Source: Candidatus Omnitrophota bacterium
Lineage (GTDB): Bacteria; Ratteibacteria; UBA8468; MWAK01
Direction of reading: 5' to 3'
Assembly: GCA_043797665.1 (NCBI GenBank)
Contig: JAZDPL010000057.1
Span: 1-64,000, forward strand
Length of the DNA: 64,000 nt
Shown here: positions 38,110-49,000 of the stretch, piece after piece
How the letters are laid out: the number at the start of each line of letters is the position of its first letter
How positions within the stretch are numbered: the first letter of the stretch is position 1
The notes under the pieces: model-generated
The model's database searches: none
Told to the model about the DNA's origin: nothing
The model's input: the letters and a program-made list of their open reading frames with translations, nothing else
Position numbers and translations under genes: made by a program

Positions 38110-40180
38110 GAAGTTCCTCCTTGTCCAGGGATATTTCCACAATGTAAAGTTCGTCCGGAAGCGCTTCTTTCAGAGACAGCGTATTTTCACCGGCGGATGT
38201 CTTCAGGGATATTTCTGTTTCGCGGGTTGATGCCACCAGGGAAACGGTTTTCCATCCCTGGGAAATAATACCCGGGACCTCCTTGTTACCCTTTATTGTA
38301 ACGTCTCGCAGGGGCTTGTCCGCAACAGAGGTGATAAGGATGATATACCCCTTTTCAACCTGGAGCACCGAAGAAACAACGCCTTTATCTGAAGGCACCA
38401 GAACGTTTTCCTCCGGCGCAAAGTAACCCAGCATTTTGTATTGGTCCAATACCTTCAGCAAGCGATAGAAATAATAGAAACCTTCCGTATCGTTGACCCG
38501 GTCTGCAGGAGTTTTGTAGCCGAGCGGCAGTTTCTCCATGAACGTATAGAGATAAGGCAGAAGACCGTGCACGAGAAAGTAAGGGAAACCTTTCCGGGCA
38601 ATTTCCCGGGTCGGGACCGGTTCCTTGCCGGGTTTGTATTTGACCATCGCCATCTGCGGAGAGACCGCTTCGCCGTCTTTAGGCAGGAACGGCTGGGGCA
38701 CCGGACTCACCGAAGCGCAAGCGCGCTGGACGGTAACGGAAAACGGCATCGGCCGGAACTTCTCCGGATTCTCAAGTCCGTATTCCTCAAAATTGATGAT
38801 ATGGTCAACGATATTGGCATAGAGGACGTTGACTCCGCAGCTCATCTGGTGGTTGAAAAGAATCTTATCCGGAAACCGTTTTCTTAAGGTCGTAAGGAGT
38901 TTCAGGGCTTCTTCCAGGCTCTGGTGCGGAATTCTGCCGTGGAGCGGATTGAAGCAATTATGGAAACTGACGCTGTCGTAATAAAAACCGTCAAATCCAT
39001 ATTCGTTCATTACGGTTGTAACGTACTCCAGTTCCCAGTTGTGCCATTGGCTGGTCAGGCAAAAGTCGGTCGTCCACACCTGACCGTCACCGAGGCTGGC
39101 GAATGCGAAAGCGCTGTTTGGAACCTGCATCCACTGCCATTCCCGGGGGTGTTCCCGGAATGCCGGCGACGTGGGGTGCGCGCCCATCGGGTAGAAATAG
39201 CAAATAACCTTGATTCCGTGGGCATGCGCAGTTCTGATGAGGCGTTTCAGCTCCGCGAGTTGCTCTCCCTGGTAAGGCGGGAAGTTGCCGCCCATCCAGT
39301 GGTCCGATGTGAATTTTACGTAATTGGCATCCTCGTGGATACGGAAGACGTTGACGCCGATGTCCGCAAGGTCCTTTATTTCCGCATCGGAAAGAAACGG
39401 CTGGCTGTCTATTACCAGTTCCCGGTAGGGAAGATAAGGGCGGGATTTATAGTTGGTTACCCCGAGAAAAGAGTCGAAAGAAAGACACCCGCCTCGGGCG
39501 GCCGGGACGTCCTTAAAAGAAGACACTCCCGCCCAGGGTCGGAGCTCAAAGCAGAATGAACTGCTGTTTTCCTTCCGGCATTCCACTTCGCCGAAAGAAT
39601 TTTTCATTACCGATGGGTCGTATCCCCAGAGCGTTGTATCGTCACCCCGGAGAAACTGGATACCTTCTCCGGTTTTTGCAAAAAACCCGAAACGTTCCGG
39701 AGCGACATCGCAGGTGAATTCTTCCGCCGTTCCGTCACGCCAATCCTGCCAGTCGGCAGTCCGGGGTAAGACCTGAACGTGCGGGTAGTTTCCCGTTATG
39801 CGGAAACGGTTCAGGACAAAGTCCTTCGGATTGGCGACTTTTCCGTTGAGGAAAATCTGCTGTAACCGTCGAATCCCGTACGCGCGGTACTTCCATTCCT
39901 GCAGGTAACTGAAGGAACTTTTTCCGTTGCCGTCTCTCAATAGCCCGGTAAACGTCAGCACAATCTCGTCGTTTTCTTCCTTAATCCGGAGGGAAGGTTT
40001 GTTTTCGTGGATATCAATAAAACCGTTGATACCCATTTCCAGCGTTGCTGAAAGCAGGTTGCCGCTTCGCCCTGCCGTGAAGACGACGGAACAGAGCGCC
40101 CCTCCTTTGCTCATATCATGACTGCATTTCCAGTAGCCGTTGCCTATGGAAACCAGATTGCCCTCTCTTTCAATTTTCAT
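38087..40180 (-). CDS. Putative glycoside hydrolase-like protein (DUF6067-like), cytoplasmic
   Basis: LKRLIRTAHAHGIKVICY, YGFDGFYYDS, CFNPLH, INFEE. AAGGAG RBS, no signal peptide. Confidence 0.6.
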   Translation of the reverse strand: MKIEREGNLVSIGNGYWKCSHDMSKGGALCSVVFTAGRSGNLLSATLEMGINGFIDIHENKPSLRIKEENDEIVLTFTGLLRDGNGKSSFSYLQEWKYRAYGIRRLQQIFLNGKVANPKDFVLNRFRITGNYPHVQVLPRTADWQDWRDGTAEEFTCDVAPERFGFFAKTGEGIQFLRGDDTTLWGYDPSVMKNSFGEVECRKENSSSFCFELRPWAGVSSFKDVPAARGGCLSFDSFLGVTNYKSRPYLPYRELVIDSQPFLSDAEIKDLADIGVNVFRIHEDANYVKFTSDHWMGGNFPPYQGEQLAELKRLIRTAHAHGIKVICYFYPMGAHPTSPAFREHPREWQWMQVPNSAFAFASLGDGQVWTTDFCLTSQWHNWELEYVTTVMNEYGFDGFYYDSVSFHNCFNPLHGRIPHQSLEEALKLLTTLRKRFPDKILFNHQMSCGVNVLYANIVDHIINFEEYGLENPEKFRPMPFSVTVQRACASVSPVPQPFLPKDGEAVSPQMAMVKYKPGKEPVPTREIARKGFPYFLVHGLLPYLYTFMEKLPLGYKTPADRVNDTEGFYYFYRLLKVLDQYKMLGYFAPEENVLVPSDKGVVSSVLQVEKGYIILITSVADKPLRDVTIKGNKEVPGIISQGWKTVSLVASTRETEISLKTSAGENTLSLKEALPDELYIVEISLDKEELHGHQITV

Positions 40181-40210
40181 ATCTTTCTCCTTGTTCTTCG
40201 TGATGAATTT

Positions 40211-41902
40211 CTATTTTTCGGCTCTCAGGAACGCGATCACCATGTAGTCGCCCGCCTTCGCATAGAGAATGCTCTCGGTACGGCGCGTGCCGTCTTTATA
40301 CCTCACTCCGATGTAGTAGAGCTTGATATTCAGAGTGTGTTTCCCGCCACTCTTCAGCAACTCGCGAAGGTTGTAGGCCCGATACCCTGCGGGTGCCATA
40401 TAGGATTCCAGAAGCAAGCTTCTTCCGCTGTTTCTGTCCATAATCCGCACCGCGAGATTAGCCGGCGAACCGGTTGGTATCATCCGCCACGTGAGATAAG
40501 GGAACCGGTCCAGGTCAATCGTCACCTTGCGGACCGAAACGTGAGCGAATCCACCCGACGATTTCATCATCACCAGGACACCGCCCGGGACCGGCGCAAG
40601 GGCGTGATAGCGTGAGCACTTTTCCGATGTTCCATCCACCCGGTCGTTCAAATCCCACTTGTACCGCGAGGGCGATATCTCAATGTACTCGCCCGGACTG
40701 GTCCGCTGCGGGTGGCCTTGGTATTCCCCCGGCTCAGTCTCTTCCATCCGGGTTCGTTGTTTCAACCAGTCCGTCTTCGCCTGTTTAAGCGCAGTAAGGG
40801 TTTCTTTGTCGGACATGACCTTTGGCCCTTTCGGCGGGTTAAGCCGCGGTTTCTTGAGCATGGCGGGAATGCGTCCGGACAATTCGCCAATGTTCCCTTC
40901 GAGACGGAACTTCAACATATCCGGCTTTGCCATGAAGTATGTTTTTGGGTCAATCTTCTTGGAAATCAAGACCGGCGGGATGCCGTTGAGACTGCAGTTC
41001 CGGATGTCAATCAGATTGGGAATCTCTTCGCAATACACGGCGCACGCCCGTTTGGCATTGCCGATTCCGCATACCGCCCAGCAACTATCCAGGATTACCA
41101 TACAACCGAGAGATAGCGGTGTATGCCGTGCGAAGTTCACGATCGGGGTGAAACCGCCTTCCTCGCCGCCAAAGCGCACATTTCGGCAGACGACAGTCCC
41201 GTGATTGTCAACCCACCGCTGGTCATAGCCGTTGACCATAGGCACGCAGCAGAGGTTATCCACCGTCAACAGAGAGTCGTGCCGGTTAACCAGCAGGGCA
41301 CCATCTCCGCTACAGCCGCCGGCGAGCCAGCCGTCGCGAATGTGGGTAATGTCGTTCCAGGACACAACGGCTTGCTCACAACCCACAATCTGGCATCCCA
41401 GAACCAGGAGGACGGTTGAATTGCTGTTTTTCCGCACCTGGATGGCGGTTGCCTTGCTCCCATAGAACTTGCAGTCCTCAATCCGGATCTGTCCGTTGTC
41501 CTCGTTGCTGTTGCCGAGGTTCAGGTGCGTGCGGCCGCCATGAAACGCAAGACCGGCAAAGGACTGCCGGATGGATTCTTCGCAATAAATGATATCTTGT
41601 TTATTATCTTTCTGCTCAATCCAAGGGTGTCCTTCACCGCGCAAAGCGAGGGCCTTGCGGGGAAGAATCGGCTCGCTGATGACATAGTGGCCGGGCGGAA
41701 AAAATACCTCCGGGCCGGTGGAGTGGTAATGATAACCGCACCGGCTGGGAATCCCGTTTGGGTAGGGAATATCATGGGTGTCCTGCCGGGTCAAAACGGC
41801 CTGTGACGCTTCATCCAATGTTTTTTGAATGGCGCGCGTATCATCGGTCTTGCCGTTACCTTTGGCGCCGAAACGCTTCACGTTTAAATTTCCTTCGGTC
41901 AT
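40211..41902 (-). CDS. Pectate_lyase_3-superfamily right-handed beta-helix protein
   Basis: NVKRFGAKGNGKTDDTRAIQ and VFFPPGHY N-terminal signature. C-terminal IDLDRFPYLTW beta-sandwich-like region. No signal peptide. Confidence 0.75.
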   Translation of the reverse strand: MTEGNLNVKRFGAKGNGKTDDTRAIQKTLDEASQAVLTRQDTHDIPYPNGIPSRCGYHYHSTGPEVFFPPGHYVISEPILPRKALALRGEGHPWIEQKDNKQDIIYCEESIRQSFAGLAFHGGRTHLNLGNSNEDNGQIRIEDCKFYGSKATAIQVRKNSNSTVLLVLGCQIVGCEQAVVSWNDITHIRDGWLAGGCSGDGALLVNRHDSLLTVDNLCCVPMVNGYDQRWVDNHGTVVCRNVRFGGEEGGFTPIVNFARHTPLSLGCMVILDSCWAVCGIGNAKRACAVYCEEIPNLIDIRNCSLNGIPPVLISKKIDPKTYFMAKPDMLKFRLEGNIGELSGRIPAMLKKPRLNPPKGPKVMSDKETLTALKQAKTDWLKQRTRMEETEPGEYQGHPQRTSPGEYIEISPSRYKWDLNDRVDGTSEKCSRYHALAPVPGGVLVMMKSSGGFAHVSVRKVTIDLDRFPYLTWRMIPTGSPANLAVRIMDRNSGRSLLLESYMAPAGYRAYNLRELLKSGGKHTLNIKLYYIGVRYKDGTRRTESILYAKAGDYMVIAFLRAEK

Positions 41903-41943
41903 TTTGTGTTCCTCTTTGAGGGTTTTATGGTCCGGTTTGCGGA

Positions 41944-43005
41944 CTAAACGTACGACCCCAACTTTTTTGCCAGGCGCACGAATTCGCGGAAAGACTCAAG
42001 GCTGACCGACTGAGGTACGGAATGGTCAGAACTGATAAAGTAGCCGCCTCCCTGTTTCATGATGGGAATCACCCGGCGCATTTCTTCCCATAACTTTTCC
42101 GGATGGTCATACAGGACCGCATTGATGCCGCCATGGAATACCAGGCAATCACCATACTGCCGTTTTAATTCTATTGGATCCATGCCTGCCTTCACCTCGA
42201 TGGGATTCAGCATCTCGATGCCGATTTCGATCAAGTCCGGTATGAAAGTGCGGATATCGCCGCACGAATGCAGGCGCGCTTTCATACCCTTTGAGTGCGC
42301 CCACTCTACGGCCCGTTTTTGGACCGGTTTAAGCAATTCCCGGTACATATTCAACGAAAAGAACGGCTTCCCTTTATATCCCATGTCATCTGCCCACAGT
42401 ATATCATCGAACCGGTACCCTTCGGCCAACACCATTTCGCCAAGGGCGATATCCACGTCCAGCAGGTGGTTAAACATGTCCGTCACCCACTCGGGCTGTT
42501 CGGCCATCGCCGTCAAGAGGCGCTCGGTACCGACAATGCAGGAATGGGTCATGTTGAACCCAAAACCGAAACCAATCGTTACCCAGGCTTCCTGTTTCTT
42601 CCACTGGGGGTAGTCGGCCCTCAACTTCTCCCAGTTAATCCTGTCGCGGGCGGGTGTGATTAATTCCCTGGTCTTGCGCCACGCATCAGGATTCACTACC
42701 GTGAAGTCCAGATATTCCGGAACGCCGGCTGCGTGTTTCCAGTTTTTAAGGGTGGTTCCCCACGCTGTCGTGGTGATACTGTAATCATCCGTTTCCTCAA
42801 CGACCCGCACATCGTAATGCGGGGAATTGTCGAGCCCAAGACCATCACATCTGTCCAAGTCAAAATAGTCCACGTAGTTGACGTTTGCGGGCAATCCCTC
42901 TTTATGCCAACGTTCCAGGGTGGAATCCCAGGGGAAATCGAAAACCGGAACACGGTCAGCCTCCCGGTGTTCAAACATGCGTTTGACCCGTTCGCGTGTG
43001 GTCAT
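41944..43005 (-). CDS. URO-D family protein (MtaA/CmuA methyltransferase-like)
   Basis: MTTRERV..EADRVP, DDMG, LHSCG, LNPIE..AGMD, GGI, GGGYFISSDHSVP. Confidence 0.85.
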   Translation of the reverse strand: MTTRERVKRMFEHREADRVPVFDFPWDSTLERWHKEGLPANVNYVDYFDLDRCDGLGLDNSPHYDVRVVEETDDYSITTTAWGTTLKNWKHAAGVPEYLDFTVVNPDAWRKTRELITPARDRINWEKLRADYPQWKKQEAWVTIGFGFGFNMTHSCIVGTERLLTAMAEQPEWVTDMFNHLLDVDIALGEMVLAEGYRFDDILWADDMGYKGKPFFSLNMYRELLKPVQKRAVEWAHSKGMKARLHSCGDIRTFIPDLIEIGIEMLNPIEVKAGMDPIELKRQYGDCLVFHGGINAVLYDHPEKLWEEMRRVIPIMKQGGGYFISSDHSVPQSVSLESFREFVRLAKKLGSYV

Positions 43006-43008
43006 TCT

Positions 43009-45261
43009 CTATTTCCCTGGCGCGGTCAGACTGACCCTCGGCCGGGTATTTATGGTGATTACAAGAGGGCTGTTGGCAGGAACCGTGACTGTGTCGTTCA
43101 GTGAACGGAGTGGCACGTCAACCGGAGGATTCTCTACAGGATAGACCTGTCGTCTGGTGTAAGAACCGTTCCCCAATCCCGAATCGCCCGGAGAAGCGAT
43201 GGACCACCCAATGGTAATCGGATAATCCTGAACGTTGACAAAGGCGATGGCTGCGGTTCCGTCGGCGGCCAGCCAGGATGATGCCCGGACCGATGCGCGG
43301 CTGATTGCCTGCAGGGGATAGCCGGTGATGTAAGAACCCCATTGCGTGTTGATGGTGGGGTTCTGCCCGGAGAGGGATGGAGGATGCATCATCTGTCCTA
43401 TGGACATGTATTTGGCGGCGGCGTTACGCGCCTGCGCCAGCTTGGTGACCAGCGATATCATGTCCGCCTTGCCGGTAGCTTTATGCAGGAACATACATCC
43501 GCCTTGCATGCCGTAAATGAACTCTTCGGCCATTTTGGTGCGCCACGACATGGGGTCGGCGGTATATTCATAATCCATGGTTATATATCCAAACGGGTCT
43601 ATCCGGTCGGCATAGACCGCCATGAACATAGGGGTGTTCATGTTGGACAGCGTCCGGTTGCACACGAGCGGTGCCTCAAATCCGTAGCATTCCGTGGCAT
43701 CTTCGGTTGCAAAGATGCAGTCCGGACGGGCTTGGGCAACCTGTTGGCGCGCCATGCGCATCTCCTCCCGGATACCGATTGCGAAATCAGACTTGTTTCC
43801 CACCGCATGGCCATGATTGGTCGCGTAACAGGTCTGCGGCGGGCAGCCGCCGCAAACGTCAAAATATATCGCGCGTGCGCCGAGTTCTTTCACTACCCGC
43901 CCGGCCAGATCCCGCATGGTTTCCTGCCAGCCCTTGGACTGGGGACACATTGTTTGAAAGCTATTTTGGTCCGGTTGGGAGCCGGGCTGGTTCAATACCA
44001 CCCGGTTCGCTGACCCGCCCGAATTCCAATAGGCCGTTCCCAGGTTGGCGCTTAAGCCATTGAGGTACGGGCAGTATTCTATGCCGTGGGCCCGCGCCGT
44101 CTGCAGGTCACCGGGGAACCAATTTCTTGCCGGGAATAAGTCGGGGTCGTTTATGTCAAACCCCCATACGTTCCAGCACCCATAGGAAACCATCGTAGGT
44201 ATGCTCGACAGCAACTGGTGATAATCCAGGATGTAAGAAAGGGCCGAACTGTCGGGATTGCACGCTTCATAGTAACTGTGGTCCCACAACGGCGTATTGA
44301 CCCACCAGTCCGGCAGGTCTGCCGGCGCTTTGCCGATGGGCGGTTTTATCCAATCCGCGTTCGCCAATACCCACTGACGATAATTCCGGCACGCGTGCCA
44401 CCAGTCGCCGGGCAGTACGCCCAGTATGAAATCATAGGAACAGGTCCAGTTATAGGGGGCTTGCATCGGTGCCTCGGGATAATGAGTGAGTTCATATTGC
44501 AGGGCGGAGCGGTCGTTTGTCGGTTGGATGTGGAAATCCTTTGCCTTGGCCAGCGGGTCGTGGGCAGCCGCATACAGGGTTTTATTGTTGCTGGTAAGCC
44601 CGGTAATCTGCATGGTAAACCGGCAGCCCGGATAGGAACCGCCCAGTTCCGAATCCCAATCTACACCCTCTTCGCGTCCCCCTTTATACTGCACCGGGTT
44701 GGGGTATGACCTGCCCAGACCTAACGGCCTGAGGAACTCGGAGTTTGAGTCCGCGGCGAGCAGTATTCGCGGAAAGGTAACCGATTCTATTCCCCAATCC
44801 GAAAGCCGGCTGACGACCTGCACTTTCCAGCTGCTTAAAGGCGAACCGTTGGTCAGTTGGATAGTGCCGATGACATCCAGGTCACCTGTTATGTGGGGGT
44901 AGGTTATGCCGAGCCAGGAGATGGTAAGAATTTTGCCGTTTGAGGTGAGAGTTTCTTTGTGCGTGATGTTTTGGGCTTTGGCGGTATCAATAATCTTTTT
45001 TTGCATCGTGCTGCCGTCAAACCGCTGGATGGTGACCCTGCAGAGCGATTTGCCGGTTCCGGAATTCGCTATCCATTCCTGCGAATCGCCGGTGGTCTTG
45101 AGGCTATTCATTTCAACCTTGGAACCCTTGAACGTAAAACCCAGAGTGGTAGAATCGTTCTGGAATGTTATCGTGGCGTCGGCTCCATATCCTGTCGCAG
45201 CCAAGAATAGGAACATGACGACGACCCCGATTCTAAGACAAACGTACCATAAGAGTTTCAT
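43009..45261 (-). CDS. Secreted glycoside hydrolase-like protein (DUF6259-like)
   Basis: Signal peptide (..ATGYG/AD), SVTFP, YAAAHDP, GDWWHACRNYRQW, PYLNG, AIYFDV, CYATNHGH, ATED, PMFMAVY. Confidence 0.7.
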   Translation of the reverse strand: MKLLWYVCLRIGVVVMFLFLAATGYGADATITFQNDSTTLGFTFKGSKVEMNSLKTTGDSQEWIANSGTGKSLCRVTIQRFDGSTMQKKIIDTAKAQNITHKETLTSNGKILTISWLGITYPHITGDLDVIGTIQLTNGSPLSSWKVQVVSRLSDWGIESVTFPRILLAADSNSEFLRPLGLGRSYPNPVQYKGGREEGVDWDSELGGSYPGCRFTMQITGLTSNNKTLYAAAHDPLAKAKDFHIQPTNDRSALQYELTHYPEAPMQAPYNWTCSYDFILGVLPGDWWHACRNYRQWVLANADWIKPPIGKAPADLPDWWVNTPLWDHSYYEACNPDSSALSYILDYHQLLSSIPTMVSYGCWNVWGFDINDPDLFPARNWFPGDLQTARAHGIEYCPYLNGLSANLGTAYWNSGGSANRVVLNQPGSQPDQNSFQTMCPQSKGWQETMRDLAGRVVKELGARAIYFDVCGGCPPQTCYATNHGHAVGNKSDFAIGIREEMRMARQQVAQARPDCIFATEDATECYGFEAPLVCNRTLSNMNTPMFMAVYADRIDPFGYITMDYEYTADPMSWRTKMAEEFIYGMQGGCMFLHKATGKADMISLVTKLAQARNAAAKYMSIGQMMHPPSLSGQNPTINTQWGSYITGYPLQAISRASVRASSWLAADGTAAIAFVNVQDYPITIGWSIASPGDSGLGNGSYTRRQVYPVENPPVDVPLRSLNDTVTVPANSPLVITINTRPRVSLTAPGK

Positions 45262-45298
45262 GCTTCCTCCCCTTCTTGCGTTTCGTTATTCCCTGGCG

Positions 45299-45967
45299 TT
45301 ACTGTGCGGTTGCGGCGTCCCACATATTGTTTGTGTTGGCGACAAAATCATTTATGCTGACCCATTGCACATTGCCTCCGGCAAAGAGAGTGGCGCAGCC
45401 CCCGCTGTGCCTCGGGTTAAGCCCGTTATAAAAGGGCGCATCCATTAGCGTGCCGCCATAGTCGATGGGATTGACTGTGCATGCCCACCAAGGATTTTGG
45501 GAGTCCCCCTTTGTATCAGCCACTAAGAAACATCCTGGTTTTACATGATCAAACCTTACCGCGGTGTAGGAGGTCGACCAGAAGGGAGAATGCGTTGAAC
45601 CAAAAAGACCGATATTGACTCCGTAAGATTCAATGTCCTTTTTCTCGTTCGGGCACTTCATATAATTCATCCCGAAACGAAGATAGATAGTCTTTCCAAG
45701 GTAAGGAGACACCTGCCAGGTCCAGATCACTCCCCCGTCGTTCTGATACGCAGGCAGGAAATCATCATTATCCTGGGCATACATGAAGAAGGCCAGTCCG
45801 AGTTGTTTCAGGTTGTTTATGCAATTTGCCTGCCTGGCCTTTTCCCTTGCCTGGCTGAGCGCCGGCAGTAGCATCGCGGCCAGAATTGCGATGATGGCGA
45901 TTACTACCAGCAGTTCGATTAAAGTGAATCCCATTGTTTTCCGTACGGCTTTCTTTATCCGTGCCAT
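45299..45967 (-). CDS. Prepilin-type N-terminal cleavage/methylation protein (DUF1559-like), copy 1
   Basis: Basic leader, [25 protein letters not shown], [11 protein letters not shown]-terminal [25 protein letters not shown]. Confidence 0.93.
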   Translation of the reverse strand: MARIKKAVRKTMGFTLIELLVVIAIIAILAAMLLPALSQAREKARQANCINNLKQLGLAFFMYAQDNDDFLPAYQNDGGVIWTWQVSPYLGKTIYLRFGMNYMKCPNEKKDIESYGVNIGLFGSTHSPFWSTSYTAVRFDHVKPGCFLVADTKGDSQNPWWACTVNPIDYGGTLMDAPFYNGLNPRHSGGCATLFAGGNVQWVSINDFVANTNNMWDAATAQ

Positions 45968-46006
45968 TTTTTCCTCCTTCGGCGACCCTGAAAGGGAGCA
46001 CTACTT

Positions 46007-49000
46007 CTATTTCTTATCCTGATTTTCCAAAAGAATGATTTGAAATAGCCCCGCCGGGATTTCCGTTTCCAGCTTAACCGGCGCGGCAGTCTGCAGCGGA
46101 GTGACCTTGTTTATCATTGGGTCAAACAGGCTGACAGCCGGAGCGGAAACGCCGAGCGCGTTCGCATCAATCGAAATAACTCCTTTTGAGGGGTGGTCCC
46201 AGTCGGCATTCACCAGAACCAGGAATGCACCACCTGGCCTTGTCCAGTAACTTATCTTAAAGTTCTTCTGGCCGGATGTCACAGCCGGCATCGGTTTCCA
46301 GTAAGGATGGAATGCGATATCTTCCCTGAAGCCGATTCCTATACGCTTCAACACTTCATACAACTCCTGGGCGAATTTTGCGTTCATACCGACGTCAGCG
46401 AAATAGAGGTTGTGAAGTAGGTAGATGCCTTCGGCGTGAACGTTCTTTTCGCGTTCTGTCCCGTACCCGACCTGCGGGAGAAATCCTCTCACCGGACCGA
46501 TACTGCTCGCGCAGGAGTACCTGAAATAATCCAGGTTTCTTCCCGGATGCTCAAACTGGTTCCGGGTCCAACCGCGCCATTCCTCGCCCGTTTCGGTAAT
46601 ATGGCAAAAACTCATCGTCATCGGCGCCCAGTAGCCGCTGGCGCTCAAAAGAACTATGGGATTCTCGCGAAGTTCGTCGGCGACAACATAGAGGCGTTTG
46701 TACATCCGGCGCGTTTCAAAGATGTTGTAGGTGATGTAGCGCTTACCGTTCCTGGTATATCCCATTCCGTTGATTTCTTTGTCGTCACACTGGACGGGTG
46801 AACAATCTATGGAAAAGAAGTTTTCCGGATACCTCTTCAGCATATGGTAGAAATTATACATCCAGTAGTCCTGCCAGTTCCTGCACGCACGGTTTGCTTC
46901 AATCATTTCCCATTCCCAGAACTGGCCCGGTGTTCCACCCATGCCCCAGAGGTTCTTGAAGTATTTGTACTCAGGGGAATTAAACCACGTGTAACTGGAA
47001 TTGTTGTAAATGAACAGCCTTCTGTTATCTCGCGTCCAAAAGTCGCTTACCCGGCGGAATATGAGTCGCTGGTCCGCATCGTCCGGGGCATGATGTATGA
47101 CAACCCAGGGGTCCATAATCAGCATTTTTCTGGTGTAGGGATTGTCAATGTCGAATGTACCCACCGGCGGATTGGTGACAAACATCAGGTTTGCATCCTG
47201 GCGGTGCAGAGCCGCAGCTTCACTCATGTCGTTGTAACCCCACGCGTCCTCGGCATAGTGCTCCATCCGGACTCCCCACATTTCGCGTTCTACGGCTTTG
47301 TCCCACGGCCTTCCCGGAAACGGCTGGAGACCGAAGGTGTATTTCCACGACCCGACAGTGACCGGTAAATTGATCACCGTAACGACCAACTCCGTCTTTC
47401 CGGCGTCTTTGACCAGCGAAAAGTAGTCGCTGTCCTTGCCGACCGACCAGTTCTCTTCGGATTCACAGAACCAGCAGAGGCCGACGTCCATATTTTGGAG
47501 CATAATCATTGGCCAGAACTGTTTATTATTCCATTTGTTGAAGCCGGATTCTTTTCCGTCGCCCATTACATCCGTGTAGTACATTTCCTTGGCATACTCC
47601 ATATCCTTGAGGAAGAGCATGCCGACCTTCGCGGTTGTTCCCTCTTCAATACGTCGTTCTCCCTGGTTTTTCAGTACGTCCGCTATTTCGGGCCGCACCG
47701 GGATGCTAAGTTGCATCTTTTCCAGTTTCATCGGTTTTGCGCCTTTGAGCCCGACGTCAACACGCAGCATGCCGTCATATTCAAACGTCAACCGCACATC
47801 ACTCTTTATGCCGTCTTCATTCCGTTCGCTCGCAAATTCTATGGAACTCTTTCTGGTTTTATTGACGCGTTTCAGTTCTCCCGAAAGGCGGAACGTTTTT
47901 CCGTTGATGACGCCTGTCATTTCAACCGGCGCGGCAAGGAGCGGTGTATCTCCGACAAAAATCTGTCTGGGAAGAACAGACGTACCGAGGACAACCCGGT
48001 GCATACGGTCAGACAGCACTCCTTCCTTTTCCGAATACTGCGGCGGCGTAAACGGCCTCGGTACCACGTCTTCCTCGCCGAGACCGTTGTTGAGCCAGTA
48101 CATATCCTTGTACATACGCACCGGCTCAATGGCTTCGGCAACAAGGTATCCCCGGCCGTCACGCACGGTGCAGTCAACGAGGTGAATGCCGTCCTTTGTC
48201 TGTCCGATAGGCAATTCCACCGAACTTTCCTGTCCGGCCGAAAGGGAAATTTGTGCCGATGCGAGCACGTTCGGGTCGTCCTTCTTCTCCAGTTCAATGA
48301 TTCCTGAAAGCTGCTCTCCTTCTTCCGCGGGAAGCCCGGCGCAGTTGATGTTAACCTTCATAGTCTGCCGGACGCAGTCTATGTCGGCAGTCAGAGAAAG
48401 GGGCCTGGCAATGGAAAAATCTCTTGCCATTGCGGCGTAGGGCGTATCGGATGCCGTGTCTTCAAGACGCACGTCAGTTCTGTACGCGTTATTTTCCTGA
48501 TATACCAGTGATGCCGCCAGCATTCCTGCCGCGCCGGCAGGAATCGGCGAGACTGTTTCGGGTATCAACGCCTGGTTTTCGGCAATATCTGTCAGTTCTC
48601 CGGCGAAGAGTGATTCCTTCGCCGAATTCTTCAGCGCCATGCTGAAAAAAGGTCTTCCCGATGCATACCCCGTGCAAGCGACATCAACCGCCGTTGCGTC
48701 TCCTGCCATGCGGAGGCGCGCAAACCGCTCGAAATCTGCAAATCCCTTTTTCAACGGAGTGAGGTGGTCCTGGAACCATATCGGCTCATACCGGTAGTTT
48801 CTCACGGCGGTCAGTCTCCAAATGTCTCCGTCCCTGATTTCAGCCAAGCCCATATCCTTTGCCGGTATGCGCATTTCCAGGCAGAAATACCCGTCGGCAT
48901 CCTTTGCCGCGGCAGTTTCCGTACCGTTCCAGTCATTTTTGAAAAGCGTCTTATCAAAGGTGCCGTCATAGAGATAACCGGCTGCGTTAACAATGAACTG

